Below, one piece after another: positions 50,260 to 60,927 of a stretch of 64,000 bases of DNA. Below the pieces are notes generated by a model. The model worked only from the letters and a program-made list of their open reading frames with translations, made no database searches and was not told where the DNA came from. The position numbers and the translations under genes were made by a program. Within the stretch, counting starts at the first letter, position 1. Each line of letters begins with the position of its first letter. This stretch comes from Candidatus Methanoperedenaceae archaeon (lineage in GTDB: Archaea; Halobacteriota; Methanosarcinia; Methanosarcinales; Methanoperedenaceae): the NCBI GenBank assembly GCA_963753595.1, contig CAVWCX010000024.1:96001-160000 (forward strand), in the 5' to 3' direction.

Positions 50260-52679
50260 GTGAAAAATGATAATATCTATAAAATAGTTTTATTTTTACT
50301 TCTTGTTTTCCAGGCATATGCCGTTGAATTAGTAGTTTCAACTGAGAACGACAACGTTTATTTAGATAATGATTCACTGGAAGTTAATATCTCAATTAGA
50401 GAACCCACTCTTGAGGCATTTAAATTCAATTGGAACGGCACAAACTACAGTTTTTACGACTCCTCCCTGGTGTTGGCAATGAACTTCAATAATAATTCCG
50501 CAATCGGTGAGAATTCAACAAAAGCAGCAGATATCTCAAAGTATGGGAATAATGGAACTATTGTTGGTGCTACATGGTCAACGGATGGAAAATATAATGG
50601 AGCGTTACAATTTGATGGTTTGAACGATTATATTAACGCCGGAAACGAAACAAATTTAAATCCAACAGATGAGATCACTCTGGAAATGTGGATTTTCCCA
50701 ATCAATTCAACAGCATCTAGACTAGGAATTATAGGTGGCATAAATGCTAGTTTTAGACACAGAGGTGAGATTAGGTATGAAACCGCCACTAAAAGACTTT
50801 TATTCTTCGTTGGAAGTGACTCATCATATTTATATTCAAATACTAACTCAATCCAAGAAGGAAAATGGAATCATATTGCAGCAGTTGCTAAAAGTGGTAA
50901 CTATATAAAATGGTATATAAATGGTAAACTTGATACCCAAACACTGACTAACGTTGCGATTATGACTAATTATTCTGCCGACTTATATATCGGTCGTGTC
51001 TCAAATTATTATTTCAATGGTTCTATTGATGAAGTTCGCATTTTGAATCGTTCCTTAAGTGATGATGAAATTAGAATGCAATATCAGTCAGAATTTCAGA
51101 AAATAAACTCAACTGATTATAGATTATATGAAAATGTTTCAATCAGTAACACTACTATAAGCCAAATGGGATATCTTAGCAATCCGGATTTGAATCCTGT
51201 TGGGGGCGGTTCAGGATATTTAACATTGTTCTTAATGATTCTAATGTAGATTACAGAGTGTCTACTAAATCAGAATTATTGTCTGCTCTTTCATCTGCAG
51301 TTAGTGGAGATATAATTTACATAAATGATGCTGTAGAAATCAATCTCACAACTGAAACAGATATTATGATTCCAGGAGGTGTTACTTTAGCGAGTGGTAG
51401 AGGAAATGGGAGTAGTCAAGGTGCATTATTATATAGCAATAATATAAATCCTCCTGACGTTTTTGAATTATTTAAAACCAATGGGAGTGGAGTAAGATTT
51501 ACAGGTATTAGGCTCAATGGAACAGATTTTGCAGTCGGAACAAATGGTGATGTACCTCACCCGACAAGAGGGATATATTCAGAATATCCGATCGAGGTAG
51601 ATAATTCTGAGTTAATGGGGTGGACACATTGCGCTATATGTTTACATTACAATTCATCCGGGAATATACATCATAATTACATTCATAACAATGAAAGAAC
51701 TGGATATGGATATGGAGTATCACTTGCTTATAATTCAAGTGCAATCATAGAAGCAAATATATTTGACTGGAATCGTCATAGCATAGCAGGGGATGGACAA
51801 ATAAACACAAGTTATACTGCACGTTATAATCTTGTGCTTGGAAATGGAACCAGACATGGCTTTGATATGCATGGGGGTGCTGACCGAAATGATGGGACAA
51901 ATATAGCAGGAAAAACTATAATCATATATGGTAATACATTTAATAAAATATATGATGTAAATAATTCTTATGCATCTGAAGCGATACTTATTCGTGGTAT
52001 TCCTGCAGATGGTGCATATATTTATAATAATTATTTATATTATAATAATCAAGCCGAAAGCGTAAAACAAGTGAATGCATTTGGAAACATGAATTTATAT
52101 AATAACTGCTTTTTAGGTAGTTGTGATTCAAATTATATCATAGATGGCACCTATACCTATTATGGCTGGGCGAGCGACATTTCAGGGAATTCAAATAGTT
52201 CAGAAATAAGAACGATCACAGTTAACAGGGATAACAAGCCCCCAATATTCTCTTTCACACCATCCAATGGTTCAGTATTCAATCGAAACGACAGTATCCT
52301 GATAAGCATTAATGCCAGCGATCCGGATAATGACTCACTCAGTTACAGCATAAAAATAGATGATCTTCAGGTCAGCACAGCACCAAATTATGAGTGGAAA
52401 TCCAGCAATAATTCCCCGGGTTATCACCATATAAACGTATCTATCAGTGATGGGAAGTTAACAGTTACAAGAACCATAACAATTTACCTGAACAACGTTT
52501 ATTCCCGCTTTGATGTGGATGAAAATGGAATTATAAACACAGGTGATATTGAGACAATAGCGCAGCATATTAATGAAATCACAGTTCCTCCGTATCCGGG
52601 ATATGATGTGAACATGGACGGAATTGTGGATATAATGGATATCACGATTATCGGGCAGCATTTTTGGGATGCGACGTGA
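50260..52679 (+). pseudogene. LamG + beta-helix + Ig + dockerin-like surface protein, split by a 1-nt frameshift
   Basis: Paralog of 29751-31718. The two ORFs join if one base is added in the T-run near 51220 (GY.NIVLNDSNVDYRVSTKSELL). C-terminal duplicated DVD.NG.I...D / DVN.DG.VD..D repeats. Confidence 0.8.
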
Positions 52680-53011
52680 GCCCGGAAATAAGGTCACTCT
52701 AACCTCTATAAAAAGCACTTGATGAACGGGCTCCTGCGATAGAGAGGAGTTTCATTTTTTGATACCATCTATAATAGTAACCCATCGCACTTGATACCAT
52801 AAATTTCTGATTTATCTATGAAATATGAGCTTTTCTTAAATTCCTATATAGATTTTGTTTAACTTCCCTTTTATAGGCTATTTGGCGAAGTCAAGTGAAA
52901 AATCAAGGGTTATTTCAAAAAAATGATGCTATTGTCACTGATTTATTTGAAAAATTTTGTTCTCAAAGATGGGTTAAATCTCTCACTTTTCCCCAGAATA
53001 GTTCGTATTTT

Positions 53012-54544
53012 CTAATTGCCATTACAAATCACTTTGTAATTATCAGGAATTAAATCAGCATTAAAATTCATCGTTCCATTTATTAAATTACCCGATTCAA
53101 TAGTCATTTTGTTTGAATCAAGTAAATAACAAACTGTATTTGGTGATAAATTACTTAAATTACTAATATTAAACCAATCTATAATACCACTATTGAGTGT
53201 AAAATTCGCAATTTCTCCTGAATATGGGGGATTGTAACTGACATTCGCTATACCAGAAGTAGAAGCCATTCTCCATGATGTATTTATTGCACCGCTCAAA
53301 TTTATGCTATAAATTATTGTCCCATCGGAATTGATTAAATTATGAAGCCCTGGCTTTCCATGAACAAACCTAAAGGAATCTTTTATAGCTTGTGCAATTC
53401 TTTCATTACCAAATTGATTAAAATGTAATCCATTATCTGGTGTGTAAGATGCATTTGTATCCCAACAATTCCCATAAGGACCCGACGGCCTGTATACACC
53501 TACATAACACCGTGCATCGACCACAATTGATGGAGTGTAGTTTGTGGCCAGTATAATTAACTGTTCGTTCAGATAATCTATCTTATTCACTATATCATCT
53601 GAACCGTTTTTATTAGAGGGTAATATTAACATAATAACTGGAGTTATATTGTTATTATGTGTTTTCTGTATCATTGATTCCCAATTAGTAAGGATCTCTG
53701 ATGTACTAACTTTTGATAAATCATTTACACCACCTTCAATTAACACGAATTCTGGTTTTAAATTAACAACATCCGAATTGAACCTATTGTTAATTGATGT
53801 GGTATTTTGTCCACCGTACCCCATATTTTGATATGTTCTACCATTTACCTTCATTGACCACTGATTTTCAATTGATGTTGATATATTAGTACTACCAGTA
53901 TCCATTATTAAAGAACGATGTACAGGAGTCCCTGAGATGATCGAATCACCTATGAAGATCATATATGGTTTTTCCATATATGGTTCGATCACAAAAACAT
54001 ATGATTCATTAGTTTGGTTTGTCCAATCAAAATTTGTTGTTAATGTTGCCCCAGAGTCTATATAATAAGTCAGATGATTATTTATATTTTTATCCACATA
54101 AAGTGCATTTCCTGAAGCTTTGATACGATAACCATAAAAATCACCTTCCTGGACTCCTTCTATTGGCGGATTAAGATCTATTATATTTACACCATTATAA
54201 ATGGCGTACTTATTAAATAAATTTTCTGTCGTTGCGATTCGATCATAATTACTTCCATTTTTTCTCCATATCGTAAAATAGAATTGATTTAAATTTAAAG
54301 CATTTGCCAAAGCAAATCTTATTTGATAAATTGTTCCGTTTTGTCTTATCCTGTCGTTGTGTCCTGCCTGTATGAATTCTCTATCGATACCCCCCCAATT
54401 AGGTCCACTTTGAGATGGTATATCTGCGTATGGTGCTGTTTTTGAGAAACTTGGAGATATAACGTCAGCATCTTGATCAAAGTAAGCTATAGAATAGACC
54501 ATTATAAATGATAGAATGATAGAAAAAAGAATAAATTTATGCAT
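53012..54544 (-). CDS. Secreted SGNH/GDSL hydrolase
   Basis: FIGDSI block I, N.G.GG..T, EGGVND, D.GLHFN..G...IA; signal peptide. Confidence 0.88.
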   Translation of the reverse strand: MHKFILFSIILSFIMVYSIAYFDQDADVISPSFSKTAPYADIPSQSGPNWGGIDREFIQAGHNDRIRQNGTIYQIRFALANALNLNQFYFTIWRKNGSNYDRIATTENLFNKYAIYNGVNIIDLNPPIEGVQEGDFYGYRIKASGNALYVDKNINNHLTYYIDSGATLTTNFDWTNQTNESYVFVIEPYMEKPYMIFIGDSIISGTPVHRSLIMDTGSTNISTSIENQWSMKVNGRTYQNMGYGGQNTTSINNRFNSDVVNLKPEFVLIEGGVNDLSKVSTSEILTNWESMIQKTHNNNITPVIMLILPSNKNGSDDIVNKIDYLNEQLIILATNYTPSIVVDARCYVGVYRPSGPYGNCWDTNASYTPDNGLHFNQFGNERIAQAIKDSFRFVHGKPGLHNLINSDGTIIYSINLSGAINTSWRMASTSGIANVSYNPPYSGEIANFTLNSGIIDWFNISNLSNLSPNTVCYLLDSNKMTIESGNLINGTMNFNADLIPDNYKVICNGN

Positions 54545-55084
54545 AATTCTTCCTTAAGAAATTTATATAAAAAAGATATTGTTTATGGGGTTTATATAAT
54601 TGGCAAGTAAAATCACTTGCTTGAATTCACAAATATAACAGTAAAAGTTTAATAGATTGTAAATTATTAATTCTTTAGCAATATTATTAGGTGAATATAT
54701 TTTTGTATGTAGATTTAACAACATATAATATCATTTCTTGATCAATTTATTTTTTAAATATAACTAAACCCCTTTCTAATATTTAACTTTTTATATTCGG
54801 GAAATGATAGTCGATATTTATTGTCTTGAAAACAGGACGAAGAGATGGAATAAAAGGAAGATATGGTTTTAGAAAATCTGATTAAACCCTATAATTTTGC
54901 GAAGGTTGGGTTATAAAATACTTTTAATGGTGCTTGTTGAACTGTTTTTAATCCACTCAAATTTAGTTCCATTTATTCAGACCCAATAACCTTTGAATGC
55001 ATCTTAATATCATATATGTTTCTTCTGAGTTTTTTAAAATTTTTTTCAGAATATAATCTAACGGTTTATTGACTCTATAGTCAG

Positions 55085-55436
55085 AATAGCAATGAAATAA
55101 AAAATGGTTGTTAGTGCTCTGGAATTCGGTCCAGATCATGTTCACCTGTTCTTGGGAAATTGCAGAAAATACAGCGTTCCACAAGTGTCTCAATATTTCA
55201 AAGGAGCAAGTTCAAGGGAACTTCGTAAAAAGTACATGGATCGTGTCAAGATAAAATTATATAGCGATTCTTTCTGGAGCGATGGTTACTTTTACGAATC
55301 TGTAGGCAGAGTAACAAGTGAATCTGTAGAATATTACATAAAACGACAACAAAGTAAACATTGGGCAGATGTAGATTTTGAGGTTCATAAAAAACCCCAA
55401 TCGAAGAAATCTTTAAAGGACTTTTTCAAAGGTTAA
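55085..55436 (+). pseudogene. tnpA: IS200-family TnpA, 5'-truncated
   Basis: DHVHLF HUH motif, KG.SSR, FWS.GYF..SVG, YI..Q. In-frame stop just upstream and N-terminus missing. Confidence 0.85.
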
Positions 55437-55454
55437 CCTAGACAACCATAAACG

Positions 55455-55475
55455 CTCAGGGCTTCCAGCCCTGAG
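55455..55475. mobile_element. IS200/IS605 right-end hairpin
   Basis: ctcagggct-tcc-agccctgag perfect 9-bp stem just downstream of tnpA. Confidence 0.75.
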
Positions 55476-55508
55476 TACTTTAAATTTTTTCACTCAATCA
55501 AACTTTCT

Positions 55509-56870
55509 TTATTCGCTATGATCAAGTGTGAACTCAAATTTCTCACCATTGATATTGAGCATGAGTTTTTTCGGGGTTGCATCATCCTTCAATTTTTGGA
55601 AGAAAATAAGGCCTTCCCTATTCGCCATCGGATATATATTGGTTTGAGATATTTCGTTGGTTCTTGGTACTTTTATTATTTCATATTGCTGGTTCTTATC
55701 ATCTAAAATCATGGATCCAGCCCCTATTTTGAATGGTTTCTCTATATTTTCCATGTTCTCTACTTTCAGCCAGATGCTTGTATATTGGAATGAAACGTCC
55801 ACACCCTTTAAAGTAATGTTCCATCCGCTCTTGATATAGGGTTCACCGGTCTTTCCAGCGATCTGCTTTTCTGTAACCGTCGATGTATTTATATCAAAAT
55901 AAACAGTCTTGTTGGAAAAATTCCCTCCGGAATTATTAACATATAAGGTCATCTTATGCTGCCCTTCTGGAAATGGTTTATATATCTGGATATAATCAAA
56001 TTCAACATTCGAATTTATACCGCTTATTCGTGAACTTCCATTATTATATGGTCCGTCCATATCATAATAGTCAATATACTGGATACCATCGATTAAAACC
56101 TGTATTCTATTACCCTCGGCAATAATCTTCCATATATGCCACATTGCCGGGTCGATACCCCCAAGCACCGTATTATATAGGCTAACCACACCTGAATCAT
56201 TAAACTTCCTTAATTCAAGATACCCATATGCATTCCTCGTCTGTATGCGGTAATACCTGTTTTTTCCATTCAAACGCAGGTCAATGATCGTCATATCTCC
56301 GGATGTGATCTTCGTTTTTGCCTCGATGACATAATCATCCCATTCAGGATCCCCAAACGACGATGTCCCTCCGTCTGTTATGTACTTGCCATCCTCAACG
56401 CTCCAGTTACCGTTCTCTTTCCATCTTTCTTTAGTTCCATCGCTAAAATCGTCGATGAACATGATATTGCCCCTGGCAAAATCTATACGCGAAACAGTTC
56501 CATCGTTAGGAATGGAAACATTTGGGCCATCATCAATTGAAAGGAGGATTTTCCTGATTTCAATCCCTGACACAGTCATATCCAGCAGCGGTGCACTGGT
56601 GAAATAAGTAATGTTCTCAGGTGAATTGATCTTGATTATGGGTTCCGGTAAAACGTACGAGATAGAACCAACAGATGATGAGCTAGGTCTATCTCCTAAG
56701 ACAAAGGAAGCGATGATAGAAATGAAAAAAATCATAATAAGTGCTATTATGATCAGGTTATATTCATTCGGTATCTTTCCTTTTCTCTCGTGAAAGCCAC
56801 GGAGAGAAGAGCGCTTTTCAATAATTCTTTTCCGTTCTTCACTTTCCATTATTTTCTTCCATTGATTCAA
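55509..56870 (-). CDS. Membrane-anchored surface protein: Ig-like domain with inserted lectin-like beta-sandwich and DUF4352-like C-terminus
   Basis: Single TM; DDFSDG...W...G.W, W.DY..E, WH..KI...G..I...IDG, FD.I.; C-terminal D....QY, IYP...REG...F. Confidence 0.65.
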   Translation of the reverse strand: MNQWKKIMESEERKRIIEKRSSLRGFHERKGKIPNEYNLIIIALIMIFFISIIASFVLGDRPSSSSVGSISYVLPEPIIKINSPENITYFTSAPLLDMTVSGIEIRKILLSIDDGPNVSIPNDGTVSRIDFARGNIMFIDDFSDGTKERWKENGNWSVEDGKYITDGGTSSFGDPEWDDYVIEAKTKITSGDMTIIDLRLNGKNRYYRIQTRNAYGYLELRKFNDSGVVSLYNTVLGGIDPAMWHIWKIIAEGNRIQVLIDGIQYIDYYDMDGPYNNGSSRISGINSNVEFDYIQIYKPFPEGQHKMTLYVNNSGGNFSNKTVYFDINTSTVTEKQIAGKTGEPYIKSGWNITLKGVDVSFQYTSIWLKVENMENIEKPFKIGAGSMILDDKNQQYEIIKVPRTNEISQTNIYPMANREGLIFFQKLKDDATPKKLMLNINGEKFEFTLDHSE

Positions 56871-56942
56871 AAATTAATCAAGATTTATTTATCAACTTCG
56901 TTTGAAAGAATATAAATAGATTCTTCTCAGTGTAGACATAAA

Positions 56943-57773
56943 ATGGTTGATAAAGTATTTTTTGGTCATGAAAAGAAAAATGGAGAAGAAATCCTTTCTA
57001 TTACCGAAGAGTGCAGTACGCTTGAAGGAGAAAAAAACCATTTCATAGCGATAGTGAGTGGTAAAGGAGGGGTAGGCAAGACCACCATATCGGCAAATCT
57101 CGGAGTCGCTCTTTCAAAACTGGGAAAGCAGGTTGTTCTTATCGATATGGACCTTGCAATGCCTAACCTGGAAATAATAACTGGTCTTCATAATATGCCG
57201 ATTGGACTTGTAGACGTATTGGAAGGGCGGTTTGAGCTTGAACGTGCAGTTTATACAGGCCCTATGGGCATGAAAGTGCTCCCTCCAGGAGTTATGCTTG
57301 AGGGGTATAGTCAAGAGAACATTGAAAAGATCAACCGATTGTTCAACGAATTCCCACTGAAAAGTGATTATGTTATCCTTGACATGCCAACGGGCAAGGA
57401 AGCAATTGAGGTTCTCTCAGAAAATATGGAAGCTCTGCTTGTTGTCAACCCGAACAAGGCGGCTGTTCAGGATGCCTTGAACATGAAGGTGTTGCTCGAC
57501 AAAAAAAGAGTTAAAATTCTTGGTGTCATCCTCAACAGAGCCGAAATAGGCGATGGGCCATGGATAAAGGAGATAGAGAGATTGCTTGAGACCTGTGTTG
57601 TTTCTGTCATACAGGAAAGCAGGATGGTAAAAGAATCTCTTAACGATGAGGAGTGCTTCGTGGTATCATCGGCGCTTAGTGCTCCATCCGAGGAGATAAA
57701 TGAGCTTGCTGAGGAACTATTGAAGATATATTTACCAATCTTATTCATTATTGGATTTTTTTTGTTTGTGTGA
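56943..57773 (+). CDS. minD: MinD-like P-loop ATPase
   Basis: SGKGGVGKTT..ANLG.AL, D.DL.M.NL, DY.ILD.P.G, LGVILNR. Confidence 0.8.
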   Translation: MVDKVFFGHEKKNGEEILSITEECSTLEGEKNHFIAIVSGKGGVGKTTISANLGVALSKLGKQVVLIDMDLAMPNLEIITGLHNMPIGLVDVLEGRFELERAVYTGPMGMKVLPPGVMLEGYSQENIEKINRLFNEFPLKSDYVILDMPTGKEAIEVLSENMEALLVVNPNKAAVQDALNMKVLLDKKRVKILGVILNRAEIGDGPWIKEIERLLETCVVSVIQESRMVKESLNDEECFVVSSALSAPSEEINELAEELLKIYLPILFIIGFFLFV

Positions 57774-57859
57774 AGTACTTTCGGATTTGTGATTAATAAA
57801 TTTGGAGGCTGCATCTGATTAGATGAAGCGCCTAGACTGTAATTATTTAATTTCAATGC

Positions 57860-58120
57860 AATTAATCTCATATTCAATGACATGGAATCCCATAATCCAT
57901 ATTCTTTAAGGTATTTCTCTGTCCTGGGGTGCACAGGGAACACAACAGGTTCCTGACTCAGGGCATCGATGATATTTTGCATATTTTTCCGACTGTCAGT
58001 ATTTGATGGCTGGTGCACTGTTATCACAAGTTATTCTTCTTTCTTTATTCTAATCTCCTCAATGATACTTGACTTCCCCTCGGCCACCTTCCTATTATGA
58101 AGGAGCGCATCCATCATCAG
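57860..58120 (-). pseudogene. Internal fragment of a second wecB
   Basis: ITVHQPSNTD...M..II.AL....VVFPVHPRTEKYL.EYGL matches the middle of 49010-50074. Confidence 0.8.
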
Positions 58121-58155
58121 TATATTTATCTCATCCCAGCCATTATTAGAACTTT

Positions 58156-58599
58156 GTGCTATTCGAACACCTCATCTACTCAACAGCCATAGCAATAATA
58201 GCCGGAATGCTCTGGTACAAACACACAGGCAGAGACCTGTTCTTGGTCGTAATATCCAGCGTCTATGCACTTGACTTCGATATCTTCACCGGGGAACTTT
58301 TAAAAAAACTAGCCCTGAACAGCCTCACAACTCCCATCAGGCACGGGGATTTCCACAACATAGCCTTACTGCTGCTTTTCGCTACCGCGGCAACATTGGT
58401 GCTGAGGTTGGCGGGCATGATGTTCAGGGATTCGTTCCTGTTCGTGGGAATTGGGGTGGAGGCGCAGGTTTTTAAAGAGGCGTTGATTGCGAACCGAGCA
58501 TATCGATCTTGCTGGCCGATAACAAGCAAACACAAGGGATTGGGGCAATTTAGCCTACAATGCATGAATATTTTAGTTATGAAAACAAACCTTCGATAA
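58156..58599 (+). pseudogene. Degenerate metal-dependent hydrolase-like membrane gene
   Basis: EHLIYS.A.A, A.D.D and HG.FHN are retained, but later motifs are eroded and the C-terminus is unrelated. Confidence 0.5.
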
Positions 58600-58624
58600 A
58601 AGCAAATTAACCTAGGATCAAATC

Positions 58625-59275
58625 ATGGAAAAAATAAATGTAATAATTTATGGACAAAGCTCTATTGGAAAAAATATGATATTTGGTGAAAGGGTTATCA
58701 TCGGATACCCCACACAAAATATTCTAAAAGAAGCGGCTGCTTCCGGATTGAAAATAAGAAATATGAACTTTAAAGGAGCAGATATCGGGGATAATGCCAT
58801 TATAAGAGCAAATACGACTGTTTATACGGACGTAAAAATTGGAAAAAACTTTCGCACAGGTCACAACGTTATGATCCGCGAGGAAACAAGTATCGGCGAT
58901 GATGTTCTAATAGGCACAAATACGATCCTTGATGGGCGTACGGTTATCGGAAACCATGTAAGTATACAGGGAAATGTATATATTCCATTAAATGTTATCA
59001 TCGAAGATAATGTTTTTATCGGGCCTTGCGCCGTCCTTACCAATGATAAATATCCTATAAGGACAAAATCCGATCTGAAAGGTCCAACGCTAAGGTGCGG
59101 GGTATCTGTTGGAGCCAATTCTACCATTCTTCCTGGTGTTGAGATCGGGGAAGGGGCAATGGTTGCTGCAGGCGCGCTAGTTACAAAAGATGTACCCCCA
59201 TGGAAACTTGCGATAGGTTTCCCGGCAATATTCAAAGATCTACCAGAAGAACTAAGAACATTAAATAATATTTAA
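58625..59275 (+). CDS. Hexapeptide-repeat N-acetyltransferase (WbpD-like)
   Basis: Left-handed beta-helix repeats, [31 protein letters not shown]. Confidence 0.9.
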   Translation: MEKINVIIYGQSSIGKNMIFGERVIIGYPTQNILKEAAASGLKIRNMNFKGADIGDNAIIRANTTVYTDVKIGKNFRTGHNVMIREETSIGDDVLIGTNTILDGRTVIGNHVSIQGNVYIPLNVIIEDNVFIGPCAVLTNDKYPIRTKSDLKGPTLRCGVSVGANSTILPGVEIGEGAMVAAGALVTKDVPPWKLAIGFPAIFKDLPEELRTLNNI

Positions 59276-59281
59276 ATTATT

Positions 59282-60367
59282 ATGATCCCAATAGCCAAAC
59301 CAATAATAGGAGAAGAAGAAACCAGGGCGGTATCAGAGGTTTTAAGATCAGGCGCCATCGCTGAAGGGCAAAAAGTAAAGGATTTTGAGAATGCGTTTGC
59401 AAAATTTTCAGGCACCTCCTTCGCAGTTGCAGTGAATTCAGGAACAGCAGCGCTCCACGCGGCACTTCTTGCCCATGGGATCGGACTCGGGGATGAGGTT
59501 ATCACAACCCCGTTTTCGTTCGTGGCTACGGCGAACTCTGTTCTTTTCACTGGCGCAAAACCGGTGTTTGCAGATATCAGGGAAGATACTTTCAATATTG
59601 ATCCGCAAAGTATCGTAGAGAAAATTACGCCGAAAACAAAAGCGATCATTCCTGTTCATCTTTATGGACAATCAGCAGACATGAAAGCTATAATGGATAT
59701 TGCAGACGATAAAGATCTTATCGTTATCGAAGATGCCTGCCAGGCTCATGGCGCGACTTTTGAGGGAAAAAGCGTTGGCTCATTCGGCGAAGGCACTTTC
59801 AGTTTCTATCCCACCAAGAATATGACAACAAGTGAAGGTGGGATAATTACAACAAATGATAAAGATGTTTATGAGAAAGCCAGGATGATCAGGTCACACG
59901 GTTCAAAACAGCGTTATTTGCATGAAATGCTTGGTTTCAATTTGAGAATGACTGATATTGCCGCAGCTATAGGTTTGGTGCAATTAGGGAAAATTGGTGA
60001 TTTCAATAAGGCAAGAATAAATAATGCGCAGTATCTCACCAAAAGCCTTCAGAAAATTGATGGATTGATTCTGCCGCACGTTGATAAAAGATGTAGGCAT
60101 GTGTTTCATCAATACACGGTCAGGATAAGAGGCGACCTATCAAGAGACGAGGTTGTATCATCTTTGAATAAGATGGATATTGGGACTGGGATATATTACC
60201 CATTGCCTATCCATAAACAACCCTATTATAAGGAATTGGGATATAACGATTCGTTGCCAGTTGCAGAATGCGCATCAAAAGAAGTTATATCTTTGCCGGT
60301 ACATCCTTCTTTAAATAAGTTAGACATTGACACTATTTCTGGAAAATTGCAGGAAATACTGGGTTAA
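59282..60367 (+). CDS. DegT/DnrJ/EryC1/StrS aminotransferase (WbpE-like)
   Basis: NSGTAAL, PVHLYGQ, EDACQAHGA, SFYPTKN, GFNLRM, SLPVHP. Confidence 0.95.
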   Translation: MIPIAKPIIGEEETRAVSEVLRSGAIAEGQKVKDFENAFAKFSGTSFAVAVNSGTAALHAALLAHGIGLGDEVITTPFSFVATANSVLFTGAKPVFADIREDTFNIDPQSIVEKITPKTKAIIPVHLYGQSADMKAIMDIADDKDLIVIEDACQAHGATFEGKSVGSFGEGTFSFYPTKNMTTSEGGIITTNDKDVYEKARMIRSHGSKQRYLHEMLGFNLRMTDIAAAIGLVQLGKIGDFNKARINNAQYLTKSLQKIDGLILPHVDKRCRHVFHQYTVRIRGDLSRDEVVSSLNKMDIGTGIYYPLPIHKQPYYKELGYNDSLPVAECASKEVISLPVHPSLNKLDIDTISGKLQEILG

Positions 60368-60687
60368 CATATTAAACTATATTTCACACGGATAAATATT
60401 TTTCAAAAAATAATAATTTAAGAAGCTGAAAAAAAAAATGGAATTAGACTGAAACTTAGACACCATCTTCACCATTTGGTTCTGATATGCTTGCCCTATG
60501 GTTGTTTAAGATCGTGTTGGATAAAAAAAATTCCATAATCTGTTTCATATTGTTCTGCCCAGAATCTATCAAGAGCATTCCAATCCATCTTCGTATTTCT
60601 ATTTCGTTTTATTGTTTCCATCATGATACTTACTATAATAATAAAATGTTCTGATATTAGATATACTTTTCTCATGCTTATTTTCAA

Positions 60688-60766
60688 TATCATTTCCCGA
60701 AATAAGTTCCTCAGTCTTAATTTCTTTTACTTTTTGTACTGTTTTCATAAAATTCACCAGTCAAAC
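60688..60766. mobile_element. Solo end fragment of the IS481-family element
   Basis: About 80 bp closely similar to 45656-45734, ending ttttcataaaattcacca.tcaaac. Confidence 0.8.
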
Positions 60767-60769
60767 GTT

Positions 60770-60821
60770 GCGACGGCACACCCAATCGCAGCAGAGCTGC
60801 GGGGCATGATTGTGCCGTCGC
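60770..60821. repeat. GC-rich nested hairpin (REP/MITE-like or IS end)
   Basis: Outer stem gcgacggcaca / tgtgccgtcgc (11 bp); inner stem cgcagc-aga-gctgcg. Confidence 0.7.
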
Positions 60822-60927
60822 TTTGTAGTTTTGTTTTCATCAAAAATCCAAAAGCTTCATTTGGCTAAAACCTTCTTTTTCTTCCTTAGTTCCTTGTTTT
60901 TCAACTTAATCTTTTATAATATCAGCT

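Noticed and set aside
57725-57773. Hydrophobic C-terminal tail on MinD as a novel TM anchor
   Set aside because: It is encoded by T-rich DNA next to a rearrangement scar, so it may be read-through into unrelated sequence.
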